A stretch of DNA of 50,966 nucleotides, filler included, from Stramenopiles sp. TOSAG23-3 (GCA_900128585.1; 4 parts of 4 records of this genome joined end to end with filler, not necessarily neighbours in it), one strand, 5' to 3'. Counted from the whole stretch's first letter, positions 20,701-28,046 are shown. Numbers and translations: made by a program. The notes: generated by a model not told the origin, from the letters alone.

Positions 20701-23025
20701 TGGATATTTGATACTTCCTCCCATAAGTGGAGCGAGATTACGTCCATTCCTAAGCGTCCATCTCCGCGATTTGCGCATGCATCAATATTACTGTTCGGGC
20801 GCATGGTCACATTTGGTGGGTTGAGTAGCCCGCAGGATCCAGATTTGTTTGCCGACACCAATAGCCTGTGCACATCTACTCACAGATGTTCGTTAGCAAG
20901 CAGCATCGTCTCCGATCCCCCGGGGAATGAGAGAATTGGCATGTATTACGTCGACGAAGGATCGCTCTGTTGGCCAACCAAACTAAATCCGAACAATTTT
21001 TGGACGGGCGTTCCTGCTGCGTGGAAGGGTCGCGTAGCTCTCTGGAATAAGAAAAAGGAAATGGGTCCCTCAAAGCAGTTTACAATAGTGCCAAAGCAAG
21101 CCTCGATCGTCGGTGTAATCTCCTCACAAGAAGCATCTAAAGCAGGGTTTGACTTCACCGATGACAATTTTAACAGTGACAATGAATTGTATTATCATCA
21201 CCGACACGTTGACAACACGCTTTCGTCTATTTACGGAGAAACGACACAATTTTGGAAAGAAAAAGACAACAACGAGTACTCTGTCACCCTAAGTTTTCAA
21301 GGGCGGAACATTCGCGGCTACAAGAACACGGCGGTCCATGCTCCCGTTGAATACTATTATGGCAGGATAGAGGGAAATATCGGCAAACTGGCCCTTGCAG
21401 GTAATGGTTTGTACGACTTGCTTCTTTCGCAAGATGGGACAGAAATCAAGTTAACAAAAGATAGTACTACAATAACATGGGAGAAATACGAAGGCGAAAG
21501 CTTTAGCGATCAAAAAAAATGGGTCGAATCAACCATTACTACTTTAAAGCATGACAACCTTGAAGATAGCGCAGGAGTCGCCGTAAAGGTGTATACGTCG
21601 CGCGTGCTGGCAGGAGTGCCGGTCGTCCTTCGAACGAGGGAATCTTGGAAGGGAACGGTTTCGATCGAACCATTACCCGTCCACCATGCATCTGCTTGCA
21701 ACGAATGTGTAGAAACAAATGATATTCACCAAATGCGCCTCTACTCGACTTCGGGATGTGAGGCCAACTGCGTTGGCTGCACTAGTCACGAAACGTGTAT
21801 TGTCTGCCGGGAAGAATTCTATCTAATAAATGGAAACTGCTTTCCGCGGGACGTTTGCCCGTACGGGACACAACGCCAAGAGGATGGCATGCTACCGGAA
21901 CGTGTGTGCTTAACGTGTGGGAATGGGTTCTCGTATTGCACCGGCTTTGATAGCTACCTTCGCCCAGGGAACAATGAACCCAGTTACAACGATTTTGTCT
22001 CGGGTACACACTTGATGTCCTCTGGAGAAACAGAGTTTCAAGTCTCCCAGGGTCTTGTGCTCGGCCAAGTGAAGATGTTTGCGAATTTTAATGTAACTTT
22101 TCAGTTGCGCCCCGGTACAGCATCGCGGGATATCTGGAGTGAAATCCTGAGATTTTCGAGCAATCCCCACGGAGATTGCTGCGAGTACGGGGACATTCAC
22201 GTAGGCGTCTACTTTGCTCCTTCGTCGCTCGATGTCAAAATTGTAATTGGTAACACGCTGAATGGACACTTCCATGTCATTATAACAGCAGCGGACAGCC
22301 AACTTTCTGCAGATACATGGAGCCGTGTCCAGATCGTCGCAAGGGGCAATAAATATTTCTTGCAGCTGGGATCAAACGAAACTCACATTGTGACAAATAA
22401 CATACACAAACGTCCTGCCCCTTCGAAGATGACAACTGTGTATGCAAGCCGTGATCCAACCTCCCTGTACAGCAGTCCGCCGGGGAATCGCATCAGCAAT
22501 CGTGTCTATGGGTTCTTTTACCCGTTCACGCAGATACCTACCATGGGGACAGCGTTTGCGAAGAAAAAAATTGGGCAGACAGAACTGTACTCTGAATTCA
22601 GAATCAGAATTAAAATAAGGTTTACTGAGGCTACCGTCACTAACACTGACATTGCGTACTTCAGTAGCAGCGATAGTGGGACGGGAGATTACTACCCCAA
22701 AATATATGTTAAAGATAATGAAGTTTGTGCCAAAATGAAGGATAACGCTGCACTTTGTGATGACGCCAACCATCAAAGTCGAAGTCACAATAAAGAAGAA
22801 TGGCATGCTTGGGAATATACCGTGAAAGCGGGCGTGCAAACTCTTCGGGGGGACAGCACGTACAAAACAGCCGATAACTTAGGTGACACTAGCTCCATCG
22901 TAAGCAGGCCCGGCTACGTGTTTGTGGCAGCTGCTTCAAACATTATGCCAAAGGACTTGCAGTATGAACCTTTGAATTATGCCGCTGATGCGAAGATAAA
23001 GGATTTGTGGTACAATCCGTTGTAG
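14752..23025 (+). CDS. Giant secreted multidomain protein (~2,757 aa): PAN/apple, Cys-rich repeats, six Kelch repeats, LamG, C-type-lectin-like, discoidin-like, furin-like and C-terminal lectin-like domains
   Basis: Uninterrupted ORF; the ATG at 14752 gives signal peptide MAVRVYASFLFLIVAPLFLNACA. Kelch PSPRxxH...MYVFGG motifs; LamG WYHLAVT...YLNG...RLWKRALT; furin-like CEANCVGC...CIVC. No TM segment seen. Confidence 0.9.
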   Translation: MAVRVYASFLFLIVAPLFLNACARPYTSSNGRHCLQGRARKMWSDGEFSGYGDTNRTEAVCKAECDKYPDECAGFDYYRPTGSCLFRGGKLPDLYEASKEGLYRRGNCSNSDDFHHALLPAAIGGTCKTIGKVVESIARIKNFPIAACQPTDGSFVLFSGTVCNVDGGILWDSMTVVQDRLVGKTSKDCTFTRAEAEANGNLDKLKFFGQCGEAPEALETGGPFLSGLSGGGGFGPFFGYVGHYLLKGETKCEVSLSKRQCRLFAKLRGFQFSLSGQNYNNPEGQDAKFQQNIPTLPSGCYINEGTVEWNRNDNAHTCYNTHSDDDSSTIACVCAVPVPSSACSLNCPETKLEQISLDGDCGDGDLDDSNRQEFLIPNTPTHPGTLEGARGMCAKFCSKLEKQSWEREKCKYFSVSSNLLDGAEDKCYQEFLPDDCLSYEQNTNSKQTYKLGPWPHCSVNRAFGGVAIDYESQWSTHVATPFYEIPSSAWKQVTIESSNLACKLIGGHLGSTGAWSSTTSLQFRFLGRSLVRCDITIPYTFVGIKGSIAVTSVGASSVGVEGLSGWGMAAAYQSSAADGMPCPYGYAPVTNNKDCGLAASQLQKTFSTAADDTKIHGCFLDTDVYFNSLGFDGPSQTGKRVCASIAVPTPSSISLGNHIRPILRTDSTTTISSSSTLSYGTSEGLGSSSVIRIETSQSTGSANDFDVTVNLEVLVHGESGGELPSPRHSHSLFIDNDFERNEIHDQKPIVYMYGGRQGNAISGDLYAVNVSSMAWTRPTVVDNGQQPGPTYGHRVIGYKNSMISFGGCCHDKQAHNEVYSLDLDSMTWTRLTVGGSAPDPRMYHSFVRWEDSAYVFGGVVGSNPKLVAAAPCARHGKRMNIIKAATIPTSPSVLLPFVVDNKEPTRTALTYETWIRTPETFLSSAALEIIGGNSNNPDHGWYLKTDASCGGGFCQYLGQSNFFGSTPVDEGVWYHLAVTMSEGFEVTYYLNGQIDASKNLAPDFCIHQTYVLAPTSYPCPDGYVQVSDKDVCNNAAGELLPGQFNGVLSNILDHVAGCITYLDGSTKKIMFNEPTEPGGTGGEKVCEPKPYRTVENGNPCPHGYKQEDDLDKCKVACGELSSGPCTFSETFTHDHHPGCIVDSTDAVQFNLGGTNLPTTQGKRICKPCIANFVPSLGDRIAQGIPGGRLYNFRLWKRALTQAEIRRNSMSRSFEIIAPPYGPIVWLPFHDNVLEVINNQAITYTGNAVAIGTIDVGALSERSLKALIDVFDDSSLDCTISCVDDALCFDAFPWKTGKMTWGQFKTEASNREGRLPTLKEGRSLSADDPLLSDIWIAVQNHAAPGGKDWMQLSVRNSRFQHGVSYFETFGSYPSWGDDSKAVFTPRSKYFAFVPVNENKNMQNLFRLDLQNYKWKPSPFAENIPPSPIQSIVSRVLTLSNVAKYGAGDVVVVSLQYEPPADSTCEAEFGGENKNGMFTILKVDGSTNTIELSESLTDMDSSGHVNDGCSLSRLNVVKPRNIPFKAIVNIVDKAIFIASATGYNVGDRVTIGYQLDLQSRKCQAVGSYTVSKVDSSSSPATLTVEETIAGGDFDNSNNTNVNNGCRLGRYVPVKLLQWTEVSISDEFKPSPRHGHSAVVNHGTMYVFGGYDGKQYLNDVQTIDLEAVANPNVIQNKWRAGVSRQVSGRFLYLRSTKNTSLTVSEIQVINYYGENIAVGVSCNEGVDCLLHGSGTGAQTPNPSNKIKDGDIPSRVHSAGAGGFKAYSLKTSSAGNTNDDNWLRIEFLNKFTDSLIHKIKIWTSSDLAEKTQLLNARLYITDEAMTTYGDPSTYSLKWVLNGTNYQEYVVGGNLGNPRDQFEHVCASRKADSDCTVLSAAPNSFYRRLDTAMEDCLSLPSNESALVCNAILEEKLNDFPQFKHQFSFLHCPQVPACNGAYDASGKSLFWLLRARQEPLPRSNHSAVIQNGAMYVFGGWNGANIFDDTWIFDTSSHKWSEITSIPKRPSPRFAHASILLFGRMVTFGGLSSPQDPDLFADTNSLCTSTHRCSLASSIVSDPPGNERIGMYYVDEGSLCWPTKLNPNNFWTGVPAAWKGRVALWNKKKEMGPSKQFTIVPKQASIVGVISSQEASKAGFDFTDDNFNSDNELYYHHRHVDNTLSSIYGETTQFWKEKDNNEYSVTLSFQGRNIRGYKNTAVHAPVEYYYGRIEGNIGKLALAGNGLYDLLLSQDGTEIKLTKDSTTITWEKYEGESFSDQKKWVESTITTLKHDNLEDSAGVAVKVYTSRVLAGVPVVLRTRESWKGTVSIEPLPVHHASACNECVETNDIHQMRLYSTSGCEANCVGCTSHETCIVCREEFYLINGNCFPRDVCPYGTQRQEDGMLPERVCLTCGNGFSYCTGFDSYLRPGNNEPSYNDFVSGTHLMSSGETEFQVSQGLVLGQVKMFANFNVTFQLRPGTASRDIWSEILRFSSNPHGDCCEYGDIHVGVYFAPSSLDVKIVIGNTLNGHFHVIITAADSQLSADTWSRVQIVARGNKYFLQLGSNETHIVTNNIHKRPAPSKMTTVYASRDPTSLYSSPPGNRISNRVYGFFYPFTQIPTMGTAFAKKKIGQTELYSEFRIRIKIRFTEATVTNTDIAYFSSSDSGTGDYYPKIYVKDNEVCAKMKDNAALCDDANHQSRSHNKEEWHAWEYTVKAGVQTLRGDSTYKTADNLGDTSSIVSRPGYVFVAAASNIMPKDLQYEPLNYAADAKIKDLWYNPL

Positions 23026-23204
23026 TTTTTTTAGAACCGCTAATATAATAGTAATTATAAAAAATGTTTAGTAAACACTCATCCTAATAAACACATCACA
23101 CGTATAGTATGTAAAGATATTAATACTTCACTTCGACGACTAAAATAATATTGGGACTGCTGTTTTTTCCTCGTTGTCCTGTACCAGGTATAATATAATT
23201 TTAA

Positions 23205-23260
23205 TATTATACCAGGTACCTGTACCGGGTACCTGTACCTACCTGGTACCTGGTATAATA
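23205..23260. repeat. 16-bp perfect inverted repeat in a GGTACC-rich tract
   Basis: TATTATACCAGGTACC (23205-23220) and GGTACCTGGTATAATA (23245-23260). Confidence 0.85.
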
Positions 23261-23490
23261 CCAGGTTCCGTGACCGTAGTATTAAATATGATAAAATATT
23301 AAAGATTTTTTTTTTTATTGCTCCTCTCCTATTGCCTTCGTCTCCTCCGTCCTCCTTCACGCTCTACGCTCTACGCTCTACCACACAACGTTTAATAGAT
23401 TTAGCTACCTACCATATCATTGAACGTTATTACCTTGAAACAGCGAATTTAATCTCCCAAGCCAATAAATTGGTAATATTCACCTATATA

Positions 23491-23590
23491 NNNNNNNNNN
23501 NNNNNNNNNNNNNNNNNNNNNNNNNNNNNNNNNNTTAATTAATTAANNNNNNNNNNNNNNNNNNNNNNNNNNNNNNNNNNNNNNNNNNNN
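23491..23590. other. Assembly gap with artificial linker
   Basis: 44 N + TTAATTAATTAA (stops in all six frames) + 44 N. Confidence 0.97.
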
Positions 23591-23852
23591 GTATTTGTTT
23601 TGGGCAGACGGAGCACGTACTGTTTAAGTAGACATCCATACCTATATAAACCCATTATTATTAAAAAAAACATTTTTTTAAATATAAATGCTATTCTGAT
23701 GTTATTTAATGGCTGTCACGGTAAGACGGAGGATGCGGAGGAAAAGATTGTTCCATTGAATGAAGTATCCGATTCGGACACAACTGTTTCCGAAGATAGT
23801 TTCGTAAACCTAACACTTTCTTAAAACGAAGCATTTTTAAAGATATTTTTTA

Positions 23853-24447
23853 ACGCTTCGTCTGCATGCACGATGACGGAGTTGACGAAAGCATGCGGGG
23901 GGCGAAGCTCTGGCGCTGCTGCTGCGAAGGATGTTTCAGTCTACCTAACCAACGAGGGCTTGAGGAGTGACTTTGCTTCGAGCGAAGACGTCAAGGATGC
24001 GAACGCGACGGCGGAAGCGGCTATGACTGCGAGCCTTCCTGTGCCCGACGGCGAGTGGCGCGGATTCTATCCCTTTAGCAAGCCGAACCCGCAAGCAAAT
24101 CCAGAATGCTACACGTGGACCAATGGAAAATGGCGGTGTTATCGCGGCGGCTCGGAGGGGTACGGTACTGTTCAGCTCACGATGCAGAACGGCAAGATTG
24201 CGACCTCCAAGTGGAACGAGACGGGCAGCGTGTGCAACTGCGGGCAGTGCGTTATCTGGAGCGACGGTGGATGCTGGGTGCATGTTGACGTGCTCCCCGA
24301 CTTCGACTACCGCATCCACCAGGGCAACAAGTGCAAGTCTTACGCTTCGTCGGCATGCACGATGACGGAGTTTAATAAAGCATGCGGGGGGGAAAGCTCT
24401 GGCGCTGCTGCTGCTGTGAAGGATGTTTCAGTCAACCTAACCAACGA
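23853..24447 (+). repeat. ~100-bp imperfect direct repeats (23853-23955 and 24342-24447) flanking a 386-bp GC-rich insert
   Basis: Both copies read ACGCTTCGTCxGCATGCACGATGACGGAGTT...AAGGATGTTTCAGTCxACCTAACCAACGA. Confidence 0.93.
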
Positions 24448-25243
24448 CACGTTGATTGAAGCGATGATGATTTTTCATTGCGAGGGCGAGGAGGCGTGCG
24501 TTGGCTTGTTTCCGGAGTTGCTGAAGGTGAACAAACTCGAGCTCAATAACAATCACATCGTGGACGTGGCACCACTGGCAACGCTCGTTAATCTCACGAA
24601 GCTCTGGCTCAATAATAATCAAATCGTGGACGTGATACCACTGGCAACGCTCGTTAATCTCAATAATCTCGACCTTTGTTGGAATCGAATCGTGGACGTG
24701 ACACCACTGGCAACGCTCGTAAATCTCACGAAGCTCTGGCTCAATAATAATAAAATCGTGGACGTCGCCCCACTGGCAACGCTTGTTAATCTTACAGAGC
24801 TCCAACTCGTAGGTAATCAAATCGTGGACGTGACACCACTGGCAACGCTCGTTAATCTCACGTATCTCGAACTTTGTAATAATAAAATCGTGGACGTGGC
24901 ACCACTGGCAGAGCTCGTTAATCTCACGGTGCTCTTGCTCAATGGAAATCAAATCGTGGACGTGGCACCATTGGCAGGGCTCGTTAATCTCAAGGAGCTC
25001 CACCTCGACAGAAATCCAATCGTGGACACGAGCCCCCTTCGTTCACTACCAAAAAGCACGAAGATTACAGGTGTTGTTGTGCGTTGTCGTTGTTGTGGTT
25101 GTTTGTGCGATCCTTGTACTCCCCAAAAAATGATCTGCTGGGTGGCGATTGGTGTCGGTGGTTCTGCGATTTGGGCTGCAGCTTTTTTTGCAGGCTATTT
25201 TTTCGTTTGTTTTTTTTTTGCATTTTGTTGGATCGCTCCGTAA
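23873..25243 (+). CDS. Internalin/SDS22-type LRR protein (8 x 22-aa repeats) with an inserted N-terminal Cys/Trp domain and a Cys-rich C-terminal TM anchor; start uncertain
   Basis: Repeats of LxxLxLxxNxIVDVxPLAxLVN; tail RCRCCGCLCDPC plus a hydrophobic segment. An in-frame upstream leader from ATG 23699 is cut by TAA at 23822. Confidence 0.82.
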   Translation: MTELTKACGGRSSGAAAAKDVSVYLTNEGLRSDFASSEDVKDANATAEAAMTASLPVPDGEWRGFYPFSKPNPQANPECYTWTNGKWRCYRGGSEGYGTVQLTMQNGKIATSKWNETGSVCNCGQCVIWSDGGCWVHVDVLPDFDYRIHQGNKCKSYASSACTMTEFNKACGGESSGAAAAVKDVSVNLTNDTLIEAMMIFHCEGEEACVGLFPELLKVNKLELNNNHIVDVAPLATLVNLTKLWLNNNQIVDVIPLATLVNLNNLDLCWNRIVDVTPLATLVNLTKLWLNNNKIVDVAPLATLVNLTELQLVGNQIVDVTPLATLVNLTYLELCNNKIVDVAPLAELVNLTVLLLNGNQIVDVAPLAGLVNLKELHLDRNPIVDTSPLRSLPKSTKITGVVVRCRCCGCLCDPCTPQKMICWVAIGVGGSAIWAAAFFAGYFFVCFFFAFCWIAP

Positions 25244-25366
25244 CCAGAGAATACGATGGTAAGTACATAGAGTTATGGTTAGGGTCCAAGTTAGTCTTAC
25301 CCAATCATTTTAGTTAACATTCGGATAGGGTTCTGATTAGGGTTGGTTAATCCCAGGTTCCAAATA

Positions 25367-25597
25367 AAAAAAATATTTTTTTAAATATTAATGCTATTCT
25401 GATGTTAATTAATGGCTGTCACGGGAAGACGGAGGACGCGGAGGAAAAGATTGTTCCATTGAATGAAGTATCCGATTAAGACACAACTGTTTCCCAAGAT
25501 AGTTCAGTAAACCTAACACTTTCTTCAAACGAAGCATTTTTAAAGCCATTTTTTTACGCTTCGTCGGCATGAAAATAATAAAGCATGCGGGGGGGGG
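25367..25597 (+). repeat. Second copy of the ~230-bp LRR leader segment (first copy at ~23663-23902)
   Basis: Colinear near-identity: ATGCTATTCTGATGTTA...GAGGAAAAGATTGTTCCATTGAATGAAGTATCCGAT...GTAAACCTAACACTTTCT...AAAGCATGCGGGGGG. Confidence 0.93.
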
Positions 25598-25638
25598 TTT
25601 GGTCTTTTCTGTTATTCTGTTAGTCAAGAAAATTTAAT

Positions 25639-27137
25639 TTGATATGCCTGATAAGACAAGACATCAGAGTTGCGAAGAGGGAACGACGAAGGGTGGCACG
25701 GCAGGCAGCGGTGGCAACGGGGCGTTGGAGAGCGCCACGAGCGCCACGAGCTCCAAGACCACCACCAGCTCCAAGACCACCTGGTCACCTCTATGGTCAG
25801 AAAATCGTCGACTTGTCACCACGGGTGGCAGGGCTTGTCCATGTCACGGAGCTCCACCTCGAACATAATCAAATCGTGGACGTGACGCCACTGGCAGGGC
25901 TCGTTAATCTCACGTCGCTCCACTTCAATGATAATCAAATCGTGGACGTGTCACCACTTGCAGAGCTCGTTAATCTCACGACGCTCAACCTCCGAAAAAA
26001 TCAAATCGTGGACGTGACGCCACTGGCAAAGCTCGTTAATCTCACGTGGCTCCACCTGCCTTATAATCAAATCGTGGACGTGGGACCACTGGCAGGGCTC
26101 GTTAATCTCACGGAGCTCAACCTCCGTGAAAATCAAATCGTGGACACGAGCCCCCTTCGTTCATTACCAAAAAGCACGAAGATTACAGGTGTTGTTGTTG
26201 TGCATGGTGATGATTGTTGTACCAATGTTAAGAAGCTCAGCTTCTGTAGCAATCATATCGTGAACGTGGCACCACTGGCAGGGCTCGCTCATCTCACGCA
26301 TCTCAACCTCAATACAAATCAAATCGTGGACGTGGGACCATTGGCAGAGCTCGTTAATCTCACCACGCTCGACCTCAGGTCTAATAAAATCGTGGACGTG
26401 GCACCAGTGGCAGGGCTCGTTAATCTCACCACGCTCGACCTCAGGTCTAATAAAATCGTGGACGTGGCGCTGACCCCACTGGCAACGCTCGTCACTGCCT
26501 CGGATATAATCAAATCGCGGACGTGACGCCACTGGCAGGGCTCGTTAATCTCAGGAAGCTCTACCTGCGTAGTGATCAAATCGTGGACGTGGCACCACTG
26601 GCAACGCTCGTTAATCTCACGTATCTGAGCCTCAATGATCAAATCGTCGACGTGGCACCACTGGCAGCGCTCGTTAATCTCAAGTGGCTCTACCTCCAAG
26701 ACAATAAAATCGTGGACGTGACACCACTGGCAGGGCTCGTTAATCTCACGTCGCTCGGACTCAATGCAAATCAAATCAAGGACGTGGCACCACTGGCAGG
26801 GCTCGTTAATCTCACGTCGCTCGGACTCAATGCAAATCAAATCGTGGACGTGGAATCACTGGGAGGGCTTGTTAATCTCCAGAGTCTCACTCTCCAACAT
26901 AATCGAATCGTGGACGTGGCACCACTGGCAGGGCTCGTTAATCTCGAGCAGCTCAGGCTCCGTGGAAATAAAATCCAGGACGTGGCACCACTGGCAGGGC
27001 TCGTTCATCTCGAGCAGCTCGAACTCCATGGAAATCCAATTGTGGACGCGAGACCGCTTTATTCACTACAAAAAAAAGGCACACAGATTACACCAAAGAG
27101 ACTTGTTGAGCGTGGCGGTTGCTGTACCATTGTTTAA
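25639..27137 (+). pseudogene. Second LRR locus (~19 repeats, two fused arrays) ending in CaaX motif GGCCTIV; frameshifted near 26495, no in-frame ATG
   Basis: ORFs 25639-26526 and 26523-27137 carry the same 66-bp units in different frames; a truncated unit (GTCACTGCCTCGGATATAAT) marks the shift. Confidence 0.78.
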
Positions 27138-27156
27138 AGTTTAACCTGGTCCTTTA

Positions 27157-27605
27157 TCAGGAAAATAAATCAACCCTACAGTTTGGACATGTGGAGTTTC
27201 GCTCCAACCAAGGGTCGATGCACGCTTGGTGGAAGCAGTGGTTGACGGTTTCACTACAAGGCAGTCTTCTAAACGAGTCTCCGTTCTTAATGGTTTCCTG
27301 ACAAATGGAACACTCGCCAATGACTCCCTCTGCTTTGTAGACTGGTATGGTATTGACCGGGTTGGGTTGCCGTTGATTGATCCACTATAGCGTTTCTCCG
27401 CCTGGGCTGTCCAAAGTGTGTGTTGCCTCCACGGATTGCATCGATCATGCGCTGGTGAAATTCTCCCATTGCGTCTGGTAACGCCACGGTGTATCTATTA
27501 TTATTTCCTACTTCGGTAAATGTGCTCCGACATCTTTATCAAGTTGTCGTTATCGATGGTACCGTCTTGAATGAGCTTCTCAAACAAAATGTTGACTGGC
27601 TTCAT
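27157..27605 (-). pseudogene. RING-H2 (C3H2C3) E3-ligase-like gene, ~148 aa, with two +1 frameshifts
   Basis: Manual translation: MKPVNILFEKLIQDG...IYRS / GNNNRYTVALPDAMGEF...RRRNAIVDQSTATQ / PVNTIPVYKAEGVIGECSICQETIKNGDSFRRLPCSETVNHCFHQACIDPWLERNSTCPNCRVDLFS*. Extra bases lie near 27510 and 27360. Confidence 0.85.
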
Positions 27606-28046
27606 TTATGTAATTTAACTACTAATTTATAGTACAATGATCTGCTTCTACTGGCCAGTATTCCTTCTACAACATTTTAAGTTTGGTTTGATGCTGTACT
27701 TATATATCATTATAATATATTTATGAAGTATGATGTACTCCTCCCCGCCCCCGCCCCTGCGCACCAACTTATTATGATATTACCAAGTATTATCAAAGAA
27801 GAAGAAGGAAGATAGAAGAAGGAGGAATAATTATTATTATTAAAAAAAAAAAAATTATTATTATTTTTTGAGCTTGTATATAATAATATAACTACATTTA
27901 AAAAAATAGACAATATTATTTATAACTCTAAATTATTTGTATACTTATACTTTAAAGTTGAAAAGAGAAAAAGAAGGAAAAGGCAACTGATTTGCAGTAA
28001 CTCAGACGTATCGAGGCCCCCATTGTTTACATGCATCTGAAATAAA

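Noticed and set aside
23535-23546. TTAATTAATTAA palindrome (also at 46792 and 48902)
   Set aside because: Centred in fixed 100-nt N gaps; an artificial six-frame stop linker, not biology.
23822-23824. In-frame TAA as evidence of stop-codon reassignment
   Set aside because: Many conserved genes here (sideroflexin, S10 peptidase, EF-hand protein) end at TAA in the expected position.
25276-25345. Scattered TTAGGG-like words
   Set aside because: Only isolated, non-tandem hexamers; not a telomeric array.
24525-27090. 66-bp periodic repeats as a CRISPR array or DGR target
   Set aside because: The period is 22 codons with an open LRR frame, and the variable part still keeps Leu codons. No cas or reverse transcriptase gene is in the window, and variation is not adenine-specific.
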